Shown here: piece by piece, positions 56,666 to 64,000 of the stretch | Layout of the letters: every line of letters begins with the position of its first letter | Numbering within the stretch: position 1 is the first letter of the stretch | Source of the DNA: Bacillota bacterium | Lineage (GTDB): Bacteria > Bacillota > Desulfotomaculia > Desulfotomaculales > UBA12532 | Length of the DNA stretch: 64,000 bases | Reading direction: 5' to 3' | NCBI GenBank assembly: GCA_040751815.1 | Contig: JBFMHQ010000002.1 | Coordinates: forward strand, 5,577 to 69,576 | Translations under genes and position numbers: made by a program | The notes under the pieces: generated by a model | Databases searched by the model: none | Told to the model about the DNA's origin: nothing | The model's input: only the letters and a program-made list of their open reading frames with translations

Positions 56666-57013
56666 TTATTCTTCTCCACCCAGCAATTTGCCGATCCTTT
56701 TAAGTTCCGCGGCGGCTTCGCATGCCCCGGGAAGACCGTCGATCAGGCGCGCGGCGCCCTCGATTTTCTCTCGCAGGGTGGTAAATCGGCGCACAAGACC
56801 GAGCTTTTCCTCGTACCCCTCCAGCGCCGCCTCGGCACGCCTCAGGATATCGTGTACCGCCTGTCTCGTAACCCCGCATTCCGCGGCAATCTCCCCCAGG
56901 GAAAAGTCATGCTGGTAGTGCAGCTCCATTATGCGCCGCTGGCGCTCGGTTAGAAGGGGACCATAAAAATCGTACAGCAGGTTAACCCGTGCAAACCGCT
57001 CCAGTTCCAGCAT
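56666..57013 (-). CDS. ylxM: YlxM/UPF0122 putative DNA-binding protein (sigma-70 region 4-like)
   Basis: NLLYDFYGPLLTERQRRIMELHY..D.SLGEIA.E.GV.RQAV.D; precedes ffh. Confidence 0.8.
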   Translation of the reverse strand: MLELERFARVNLLYDFYGPLLTERQRRIMELHYQHDFSLGEIAAECGVTRQAVHDILRRAEAALEGYEEKLGLVRRFTTLREKIEGAARLIDGLPGACEAAAELKRIGKLLGGEE

Positions 57014-57099
57014 CCTTTTTGCGCCCTATCTATCAAGGGGAAATACTTTACACCCAGATTGTATCCGGCGCGGCCCCCGGTGTCAAGCCGCACCAGGGC

Positions 57100-57128
57100 T
57101 TGGCAAGGTTCGTTTGGGGAGGTAGAAT
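57100..57128 (+). promoter_or_regulatory. Sigma-A-type promoter of the aminotransferase gene
   Basis: TTGGCA (57100-57105), 17 nt spacer, TAGAAT (57123-57128). Confidence 0.55.
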
Positions 57129-57160
57129 ACTCAATAATCCGGCAGAGAGGAAGTGGCCAG

Positions 57161-58543
57161 GTGCAGTTCTTAACCATCGAGGACGCTCTACAGATGGGGC
57201 GTGACCACATCAGGCGGCTGCACAAAGACTACCTTAACGCCGGTCTGGTCGGCATGCTGAGCCTCCTTAACTTCGACCGTCGCTTCACGCGGGCGGAGGG
57301 AATCTACATCTGGGACGCGGAGGGGAAAAGGTACCTTGACTTCCTGGGCGGTTACGGCGCCCTCAACACGGGGCACAACCATCCCCGCATCCTCAAGGCG
57401 GTAACCAGGGTACAGCATTTGCCGAACCTCCTCCAGGCCGCTTTAAACCCGCTGGCGGGGGTGCTGGCCCACAACCTGGCCCAGATCGCTCCCGGGCAGC
57501 TTAAACGTGCATTCTTCTGTAACAGCGGCGCCGAAGCGGTGGAAGGTGCGCTGAAAATCGCCCGGATCGCCACGGGTCGCACAAAGACCGTCTACTGCAC
57601 GGGCTCCTTTCACGGGAAGACCCTGGGCGCCCTGTCGGTAACGGGACGCGCCAAATACCAAGAACCTTTTCAACCGCTACTGCCGGGGTGCAGCGCGATT
57701 CCCTTCGGTGACCTTGACGCCCTGGAAAGGGCCCTGCGTGGGCGCGACGTGGCCGCCTTTATCGTAGAACCCATCCAGGGCGAGGGCGGCATCATTGTCC
57801 CCCCGGATGGCTACTTGCGCGGGGCCCGGGAACTTTGCACGCGCTACGGCACCCTGCTCATAGCTGACGAAATCCAGACCGGCCTGGGGCGCACCGGCAA
57901 AATGTTCGCCTGCGAACACGAAGGTGTGGTGCCGGATATCCTCTGCCTGGCCAAATCCCTTGGGGGCGGCGTTATGCCCATCGGCGCCTACCTCACCACA
58001 GACGAAATCTGGAAGCGCGCCTACGGGAGCATGGAGCGCGCGCTCCTACACACCTCCACCTTTGGTGGTAACTCCCTGGCTTGCGCGGCGGCCATCGCCG
58101 CCCTGGAGGTCATTCTAGACGAAGACCTGCCGGCCAGGGCCGCCGCGAGCGGCGCCTACCTCCTCTCCCGGCTGGAAGAGTTGAAGGGCAAGTATCCACT
58201 CCTGAAGGATGTACGGGGACGCGGCCTGCTGGTGGGCCTTGAATTCGCGGAAGCGCGAAGGGGTGTGACGGCCCTCGGCGTGCTGCAGCGTCTGAGCGAC
58301 GAGTTTCTCGGCAGCCTGGTTGCAGGGGAACTGCTTAACGACCACGGCGTGCTCACCGCGTACACCCTGAACAACCCAAACGTTATCCGGTTAGAACCTC
58401 CTCTCGCGGTAGACCGCGAGCATCTCGATTACGTGCTGAGCGCTCTCGAAACCGTTCTCTCCCGCCACAAGGGGTTTATCGGCATGGCGGCCGCCGGCGT
58501 TAAGACGGCCATCCGCAGCAAGCTGAAGGGCACGGAAGGTTAG
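57161..58543 (+). CDS. Class-III (aspartate aminotransferase family) PLP-dependent aminotransferase
   Basis: [59 protein letters not shown] (Lys). Start refined to GTG 57161, downstream of the promoter. Confidence 0.85.
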   Translation: MQFLTIEDALQMGRDHIRRLHKDYLNAGLVGMLSLLNFDRRFTRAEGIYIWDAEGKRYLDFLGGYGALNTGHNHPRILKAVTRVQHLPNLLQAALNPLAGVLAHNLAQIAPGQLKRAFFCNSGAEAVEGALKIARIATGRTKTVYCTGSFHGKTLGALSVTGRAKYQEPFQPLLPGCSAIPFGDLDALERALRGRDVAAFIVEPIQGEGGIIVPPDGYLRGARELCTRYGTLLIADEIQTGLGRTGKMFACEHEGVVPDILCLAKSLGGGVMPIGAYLTTDEIWKRAYGSMERALLHTSTFGGNSLACAAAIAALEVILDEDLPARAAASGAYLLSRLEELKGKYPLLKDVRGRGLLVGLEFAEARRGVTALGVLQRLSDEFLGSLVAGELLNDHGVLTAYTLNNPNVIRLEPPLAVDREHLDYVLSALETVLSRHKGFIGMAAAGVKTAIRSKLKGTEG

Positions 58544-58570
58544 AGTGCCAGGCGCGTTAAACCGGGTGGG

Positions 58571-59617
58571 ATGCCCTTGCTGGTTATAGACGGCAGCACG
58601 CTTTCGGGGAGCGGCACCATCGTACGCCTCGCCGTTTCCCTGGCCGGTCTGTATGGGCAGAGCCTTCGTTTATATAACATCCGCGCTAGGAGGAAAAAAC
58701 CGGGGCTGAGGGCCCAGCACGTAGCCGCTCTCAACGCGTGTCGTGATTTGTGCGGCGGCGAATTAGGAGGCGCTGCCGTGGGATCCCGCGAGATCACCTT
58801 CTCCCCCGCGCACCCGCCCCGTGGTGGAACCTTCGTCTGGGATATCGGTACCGCCGGCTCCGCGGTATTGCTCCTGCTCACGGTACTTCCTCTGGCCCTC
58901 TTTGCTTCCGGACCCACGGTGTTGCGTGTGACCGGCGGCGTATTCCAGGATTTTGCCCCTTCTCCCTACCATACGGCCCACGTCTTGCTGCCCCTTCTCC
59001 GGCGCATGGGCGCCAGGGCCGAACTGACCGTACTGCGACCCGGTTATGTCCCGGGAGGCAAGGGAACGGTCGAGCTTCGCGTGTGGCCCGTGGCGGATCT
59101 GGCGCCTTTAGTTCTTGTGGAACAGGGCCAATTACAGCGCATTACCGGCGTCGCCCTGGCATCGCACCTGGAGGAACGCCGCGTCGCCTCGCGCATGGCC
59201 CAGAGCCTTGCCCGCTGCTTGCGTGGCGCGGGTGTACCGGTCTGCGTTGCGGAGAATGAGGATAAGACGGCAGCGCATCCAGGCGCGGCCCTCGCAGCGT
59301 GGGCCGAAACGGATAAGGGCGCCCTTCTGGGAGCCGACCGGGCAGGAAGCCCCGGCCGTAGTTCCGAGGCCATCGGCCGGTATGTGGCCGCCCTCCTCCG
59401 CGAAGACCTGGCCAGCGGCGCTACAACCGACCGGTTTGCGGCGGATCAACTGGTCGTATACGCAGCCCTGGCCAGCGGTACGACTAAATACCGCGTCCCC
59501 CGTTTGACGGAACATCTGGAAACCAATATTTGGCTCGTACGGCAAATTCTCAACCTTGAGGCCTCTTTTGCTACCGGAGAAAAGATCGTATGCATTACCG
59601 GCCGGGCTCCGGTATAA
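58571..59617 (+). CDS. rtcA: RNA 3'-terminal phosphate cyclase
   Basis: IDGS..SGSGTIVR.A.SL....G....L.NIRA.R..PGL..QH, GTAGS, and the His-containing motif LTEHLETNIW (CAT at 59513-59515). Confidence 0.85.
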   Translation: MPLLVIDGSTLSGSGTIVRLAVSLAGLYGQSLRLYNIRARRKKPGLRAQHVAALNACRDLCGGELGGAAVGSREITFSPAHPPRGGTFVWDIGTAGSAVLLLLTVLPLALFASGPTVLRVTGGVFQDFAPSPYHTAHVLLPLLRRMGARAELTVLRPGYVPGGKGTVELRVWPVADLAPLVLVEQGQLQRITGVALASHLEERRVASRMAQSLARCLRGAGVPVCVAENEDKTAAHPGAALAAWAETDKGALLGADRAGSPGRSSEAIGRYVAALLREDLASGATTDRFAADQLVVYAALASGTTKYRVPRLTEHLETNIWLVRQILNLEASFATGEKIVCITGRAPV

Positions 59618-59642
59618 AAAAAGCGGGTGGAGAGACACCCGC
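59615..59642 (-). terminator. Intrinsic terminator (minus strand) downstream of the ydjC-like gene
   Basis: GCGGGTG-tctctc-CACCCGC (59623-59642) followed on the minus strand by TTTTTTTA. On the plus strand it is flanked by A-runs only. Confidence 0.6.
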
Positions 59643-59747
59643 AAAAAAAGGGTGGGTAGTAAGTTGTTGCAGTTATTTTCGGCAAATCCTGCCGAAACTT
59701 TACCCCCTGGGTTCACATCCCGGCGCGCTTACCGGTACGTAACCGGC

Positions 59748-60506
59748 CTAGCCAAGATTCCTGTACGTTCCCAGGCGTACATCTTTCCCGGCCAGCCACC
59801 GGGGTAGCTCCGGGTGGCACAGAATTCGGAGTTCCCTTTCCCGTTCCACGGCGTAACCGCTGCGTTTAAAAAGTTCCTCGTCTACCTTTCCCGGGTGCGT
59901 CATCAGCTCCATCGACCGGGCGCCAATCCGCAAACCGGCGGTCACCCAGGTCTTAAAGGCCGGCAGAGATACTCCACCGGCGAACCATGCACCGCAGAAA
60001 AAATCGGGTGTCTTGAGACCCTTCAGTCGCACCACTTCCCGCATCGCGTCGTCCAGGCTGCGCAGGGGAAGCCTGAGGTTTCCGGCAACCCGCATTAGAA
60101 CGGCGAGGATGATGGGGTGCCGGTGGATGTGGTGGTGGGTATCGAGGTGCCCAACCCTTATACCGGCGTTTTGCACATAAGCAACTTGTGCGGAAAATTC
60201 TCTTTCAACTTCTTCCTGAACGAGGGCAGAGGTTAAAAGAGCGTCACGACCCTTAAAATACCCTTCGGCATCCACAAGGGAGGGTATGTCACCCGGGTTG
60301 AGCAGGGGGCGTCCCCGGGTCAAGCAGAGATGTACGCCTACACCCGCCGGCAGGCCGTTCCGGAGAATGTGCAAGGCGTCCTCGGTTCCGGGCTGATTAA
60401 CCATTAAGCTGACACTCGTAACCACTCCTTGCCTGACCGCCTGTACGATCCCGCGGTTTACCGCCGGCGTGTACCCGAAATCGTCCGCGTTCACGATCAA
60501 AAGCAT
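59748..60506 (-). CDS. ChbG/YdjC/HpnK-family carbohydrate deacetylase
   Basis: MLLIVNADDFGYTPAVNRGIVQA...G.VTS.SLMVN, HLDTHHHIH. Confidence 0.8.
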   Translation of the reverse strand: MLLIVNADDFGYTPAVNRGIVQAVRQGVVTSVSLMVNQPGTEDALHILRNGLPAGVGVHLCLTRGRPLLNPGDIPSLVDAEGYFKGRDALLTSALVQEEVEREFSAQVAYVQNAGIRVGHLDTHHHIHRHPIILAVLMRVAGNLRLPLRSLDDAMREVVRLKGLKTPDFFCGAWFAGGVSLPAFKTWVTAGLRIGARSMELMTHPGKVDEELFKRSGYAVERERELRILCHPELPRWLAGKDVRLGTYRNLG

Positions 60507-61018
60507 GCGGTCAGCCTCCGGTGGAGCGCTTCCGGCAGGGTCCCCCGGGAGGCCGGTGTTACTTCGATTATTTCCACGTCCGGCCGTCTTTTGATGGTGT
60601 CGGCAAATGAATGGTGGCCGGCAAGGATCGTAGCTACTACTGGGCGCGGATCGTCAAGCGCCTTCTCCACGGTCTCCCGGAAAAGCCGGGAAAATAGTTC
60701 CATCCTGCCGATTTCGTCAATTAGAATGCACTTTTTGCCGGGATCCGCCAGGGCAGCGTGTACCTCCTCACAAGCAATATCCAGGTTAACCGGTAGTACG
60801 CCGTACCTTCCCACCCGTAAAGGCGAAGAAAGGTCGACGTGCGCAAGGACAGCCTTCGCACCGGCAAGGGTGACGATTTCAAATCCCACCCGGCGACTAT
60901 CCCGGCGCAGTTCCCGTGTATAAAATCCCGCCGCCCTGGCACCTAGAAGTTCGGCCAGTCTCACGATCACGGTAGTTTTGCCCGCGCCCGCCCTGCCGGT
61001 AAGAAGGATGTTGGCCAC
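60497..61018 (-). CDS. THEP1-like nucleoside-triphosphatase (NTPase_1 family)
   Basis: ILLTGRAGAGKTT, GFYT.E.R...RRVGF.IV.L, RVGRYGV, ILIDEIGRMELFS. 10-nt overlap with the deacetylase gene. Confidence 0.75.
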   Translation of the reverse strand: MANILLTGRAGAGKTTVIVRLAELLGARAAGFYTRELRRDSRRVGFEIVTLAGAKAVLAHVDLSSPLRVGRYGVLPVNLDIACEEVHAALADPGKKCILIDEIGRMELFSRLFRETVEKALDDPRPVVATILAGHHSFADTIKRRPDVEIIEVTPASRGTLPEALHRRLTACF

Positions 61019-61075
61019 GCTCTCCGTCTCCTTTCTACCATTTTAAGACACGGGGACAGAAAACAAAATAGGGAA

Positions 61076-61093
61076 CTAGTGATCGCCTTCACC
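61076..61093. promoter_or_regulatory. Rex-like inverted repeat TAGTGAT-cgcc-TTCACCA
   Basis: 11 of 14 half-site positions match the remembered Rex consensus TTGTGAA-N4-TTCACAA. It lies in the divergent region between the NTPase and qmoA-like genes. Confidence 0.3.
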
Positions 61094-61409
61094 ATCACAA
61101 TTTTTTCGCACCCGGAAAGAAGGAAGTTTACCTTGTACGTCGAAAAAACCTTATGATCTTCTCTATCCGCCGGGCAGGTTGAAGCTGAGGTATCCGCCAC
61201 GAAGTTCCCCGTCGCACAAATGGGGGAACAAATAGGGCGGCTAGGGCCCACGGCCCGAGGTTATGCCTGACGGAGCGGCTCCCCGTGGTGGAGCCCCGAT
61301 GAAGCAGGAAGATAAGCCCCTTTCCGGCAGGAAAGGGGTAAATAACAGTTTATAAGAATGGGGGCTGTGAGGGTGTTAGTCAGGTACGGCGAAGGAACGG
61401 TGGTGCAAG

Positions 61410-62654
61410 ATGGGTAACAGAAGCGTTCTGGTAGTTGGCGGCGGCATCAGCGGCATTACGGCCGCAGTCGAGGCCTCAGAAGTGGGTTGCGAGGTTTTCC
61501 TTGTGGAAAGAAGGCCCTATCTGGGTGGCCGCGTAACCCAGCTCAACCAGTATTTCCCTAAGCTCTGTCCTCCCAACTGTGGTTTGGAAATTAATTTTAA
61601 ACGCATCAAACAAAACCCCAGGATCCACTGCCTGACACTGGCCGAAGTAACCGAAATTACCGGCCAGGAGGGAGATTTCCAGGTCAAGGTTACGCTTGCG
61701 CCGCGCTACGTCACCGATCAGTGTACGGCCTGCCACAAATGCGTGGAGGTCTGCCCGGCGGAAAGACCTAACGATTTCAACTACGGCATGGACAAAACCA
61801 AGGCCATCTACCTGCCCCACATTTTCGCGTTCCCCGCGAAGTACGTTATCGACAGGCAGGCCTGTCAGGGAACGGCCTGTAACAAGTGCGCCGAGGTTTG
61901 CCCCGTGAACGCCGTCGACCTCGGTATGGAACCCAAGACCCTGACCCTCAACGTCGGCTCTATTATCTGGGCGACCGGCTGGGACCCTTACGACGTCGCG
62001 AAACTGACCTATTACGGGTCGGGCAAGTACCGGAATGTGATCACCAACGTTATGATGGAACGGCTGGCCGCCCCCAACGGACCCACCGGTGGCGAAATCG
62101 TACGACCCTCAGACGGTAAACCGGTAAACAAGGTGGCTTTTGTCCAGTGCGCCGGCTCGCGTGACGAAAACCACCTGCCTTACTGTTCGGGCGTCTGCTG
62201 CCTGGCTTCCTTGAAACAGGCCACTTACATACTGGAGAAAAATCCGGAGGCCCAGGTATATATCTTCTACATCGACATCCGTGCCCTTGGACGCTACGAG
62301 GATTTCTTCAACCGGGTTAAGGGGATGCAGAACCTCCATCTTATCAAGGGGAAAGTTGGGCAGATTACAGAAGACGCAGCCACCGGTAACCTCACGTTGG
62401 TAGCCGAGGACCAGGAAACGCAGCGGCTGCTTAACGAAACCTTTGAGATGGTAGTTCTGGCCACCGGCATGGTCCCAACCACCAGGACACAACCGCCGGC
62501 TAACCTTACTTGCGATGAGAATGGCTTTGTGATCAGTGCCGTGCCCGGTGTGTACGGCGCAGGATGCGTAAACAAACCGTACGATGTAGCCTCATCGGTA
62601 CAAGACGCAACGGCTGCAGCAATGAAAGCCATTCAATCTACGGTGGGGAGGTAA
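61410..62654 (+). CDS. qmoA: QmoA-like / HdrA-related FAD and FeS flavoprotein
   Basis: VLVVGGGISGITAAVEASEVGCEVFLVERRPYLGGRVTQLNQYFPKLCPPNCGLEI, two ferredoxin-type motifs (CTACHKCVEVCP, CQGTACNKCAEVCP), CAGSRDENHLPYCSGVCC. Confidence 0.75.
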   Translation: MGNRSVLVVGGGISGITAAVEASEVGCEVFLVERRPYLGGRVTQLNQYFPKLCPPNCGLEINFKRIKQNPRIHCLTLAEVTEITGQEGDFQVKVTLAPRYVTDQCTACHKCVEVCPAERPNDFNYGMDKTKAIYLPHIFAFPAKYVIDRQACQGTACNKCAEVCPVNAVDLGMEPKTLTLNVGSIIWATGWDPYDVAKLTYYGSGKYRNVITNVMMERLAAPNGPTGGEIVRPSDGKPVNKVAFVQCAGSRDENHLPYCSGVCCLASLKQATYILEKNPEAQVYIFYIDIRALGRYEDFFNRVKGMQNLHLIKGKVGQITEDAATGNLTLVAEDQETQRLLNETFEMVVLATGMVPTTRTQPPANLTCDENGFVISAVPGVYGAGCVNKPYDVASSVQDATAAAMKAIQSTVGR

Positions 62655-62658
62655 TACT

Positions 62659-64000
62659 GTGGCGAAAAAAGTTGGCGCCTATATCTGCACCGGCTGCGGT
62701 ATCGGCGATGCCCTTGATATCGAGGCCTTGGCGAAAGTGGCCACCAAAGAAAAGAAGCTTGCTATTTGCAAGAACCATCCTTTTCTTTGTGGTTCCGAAG
62801 GATGCGAACTAATTAAGCAGGACATCCAGGAAGGCCTTGACGGTGTGGTTATCGCCGCCTGCTCGCAGAGGGTAAATACCGATGTATTTAATTTCGGTCC
62901 GTCCGTCGTTGTGGAAAGGGTAAATCTGCGTGAGCAGTGCATCTGGTGCCACCCGGCTAACGACGAGGATACCCAGATGCTGGCGGAGGACCAGTTGCGC
63001 ATGGGTATCGTCAAGGCCCAGCAAATGGAGCCACCCGAACCGTATAAGGCCGAGGATATCTCCAGGACCGTCCTCGTGGTCGGCGGCGGCCTGGCGGGCG
63101 TAACCGCGGCACTGGAAGCCGCACGGGCCGGATACCCCGTGGTGCTGGTAGAAAAAAATGCCGAACTGGGCGGTTGGGTAGCCCGGCTCCACAAGCAAGT
63201 TTCCCAGCGTCCGCCGTACAACGAACTGGAGGACGTGGATCTTGCCGACCGCATTAAGGAAGTTCGCGAAAATGCCAACATTAAAATCTACACCTCGGCG
63301 CAGATTGAGAAAATCGCGGGCGGCCCCGGTATTTTCGATGTAACCATCAGGCAAAACGGAACGACCGCGAACGAGCGGGTAGGCGCCGTTGTCCTGGCTA
63401 CCGGCGCGGTGCCCTACGATGCCACCAAACTCGGACATTTGGGCTTCGGCCGCTACCCGAACGTCATTACGGGTGACGCCCTGGAGGAAATGGCCGCCAG
63501 GGGAAAAATCGTCCGGCCCTCCGACGGCAGAGAGGTACGGAGCGTCGCCTTTATCCTGTGCGCCGGCTCCCGTGACCCGGAGCATCTCCCTTACTGCTCT
63601 TCCGTCTGCTGTATCGAATCCCTCAAGCAGGCGCTGTATGTAAAACAGCAGAACCCCGACGCGGCAGTCTACATTTTCTTCAAGGATCTGCGCGCGCCCG
63701 GAACGTACGAGTTCCTTTACAAGCGGGTGCAAACCGAAGGCGTCGTCTTCTTCCGCGGTGAGGTCGCCGCCGTGACGGAGGGCGGTAACCAGACCCTGGT
63801 TGTGGAAGCCGACGACGTTCTGGCCGGCGAAAAGATTGTTGCCGAGGATCTCGATCTCGTGGTTCTGGCCACCGGGATGGTGCCTACCACCGCTTTCGGC
63901 GAGGCGCCGGCCGTGGAGGAGGAAAAAAAGGAAGAGGAAGGGCCGCCGCCGGACGTCATTCTGAAATCAGATATCCTCAACCTGGAGTACCGGCAGGGGC
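62659..64000 (+). CDS. qmoB: QmoB-like / HdrA-related flavoprotein, 5' part only (runs off window)
   Basis: Not in the ORF track. My translation from GTG 62659 (GGGGAGG RBS 8 nt upstream) is open to the window end: MAKKVGAYICTGCGIGDALD...VIAACSQRV..DVFNF...VERVNLREQCIWCH...VLVVGGGLAGVTAALEAA..G..V.LVEK...LGG...CAGSRD.EHLPYCSSVCC. Confidence 0.75.
   Translation, partial: MAKKVGAYICTGCGIGDALDIEALAKVATKEKKLAICKNHPFLCGSEGCELIKQDIQEGLDGVVIAACSQRVNTDVFNFGPSVVVERVNLREQCIWCHPANDEDTQMLAEDQLRMGIVKAQQMEPPEPYKAEDISRTVLVVGGGLAGVTAALEAARAGYPVVLVEKNAELGGWVARLHKQVSQRPPYNELEDVDLADRIKEVRENANIKIYTSAQIEKIAGGPGIFDVTIRQNGTTANERVGAVVLATGAVPYDATKLGHLGFGRYPNVITGDALEEMAARGKIVRPSDGREVRSVAFILCAGSRDPEHLPYCSSVCCIESLKQALYVKQQNPDAAVYIFFKDLRAPGTYEFLYKRVQTEGVVFFRGEVAAVTEGGNQTLVVEADDVLAGEKIVAEDLDLVVLATGMVPTTAFGEAPAVEEEKKEEEGPPPDVILKSDILNLEYRQG

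Noticed and set aside
59429-59452. Apparent loss of the catalytic His in RtcA: the segment TDRFAADQL has Phe where I first expected His.
   Set aside because: On recollecting the E. coli sequence, the adenylylated His lies in the downstream (S/T)xHLxTN motif. That motif is intact here (LTEHLETN, CAT at 59513-59515), so there is no evidence for an inactive Rcl1-like protein.

Overview
This is a GC-rich (by eye) chromosomal segment from an anaerobic, spore-forming Firmicute of the Clostridia type. I support about 75 protein genes, 4 tRNAs, and several sigma-A-like promoters and intrinsic terminators. I saw no transposases, integrases, CRISPR arrays or phage genes. Most of the window is conserved housekeeping synteny. 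One block is ylxM-ffh-rpsP-KH-ylqD-rimM-trmD-rplS-lepB-rbgA-rnhB/yraN ... comM. A second is ftsK-rodZ-like-rimO-...-cinA-recA. A third is tepA-like/ylzJ/ykuS/uppP. Metabolic islands include a Wood-Ljungdahl acetyl-CoA synthase/corrinoid FeS protein operon (acsB-acsC-RACo-cooC-acsD) without a contiguous CODH or methyltransferase. They also include gapA, apgM, thi4, copA and a QmoA/QmoB-like flavoprotein pair that runs off the right edge. The most unusual content is an orphan four-gene module at 3967-7547: a TPR protein, two divergent 2-hydroxyacyl-CoA-dehydratase/benzoyl-CoA-reductase-family subunits and an HgdC-type ATPase activase, with no substrate-pathway genes nearby. Other items worth a second look:
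- a chemoreceptor with an N-terminal cytoplasmic Cys/Trp-rich sensor module
- an RNase HII-YraN fusion ORF
- an alkaline-phosphatase-superfamily protein with an apparently degenerate active site, a coiled coil and a C-terminal anchor, just upstream of acsB
- a non-LexA-type palindrome in the recA promoter
- a structured, ORF-less region upstream of copA

All family assignments come from reading the translated ORFs against remembered family motifs. No searches were run.
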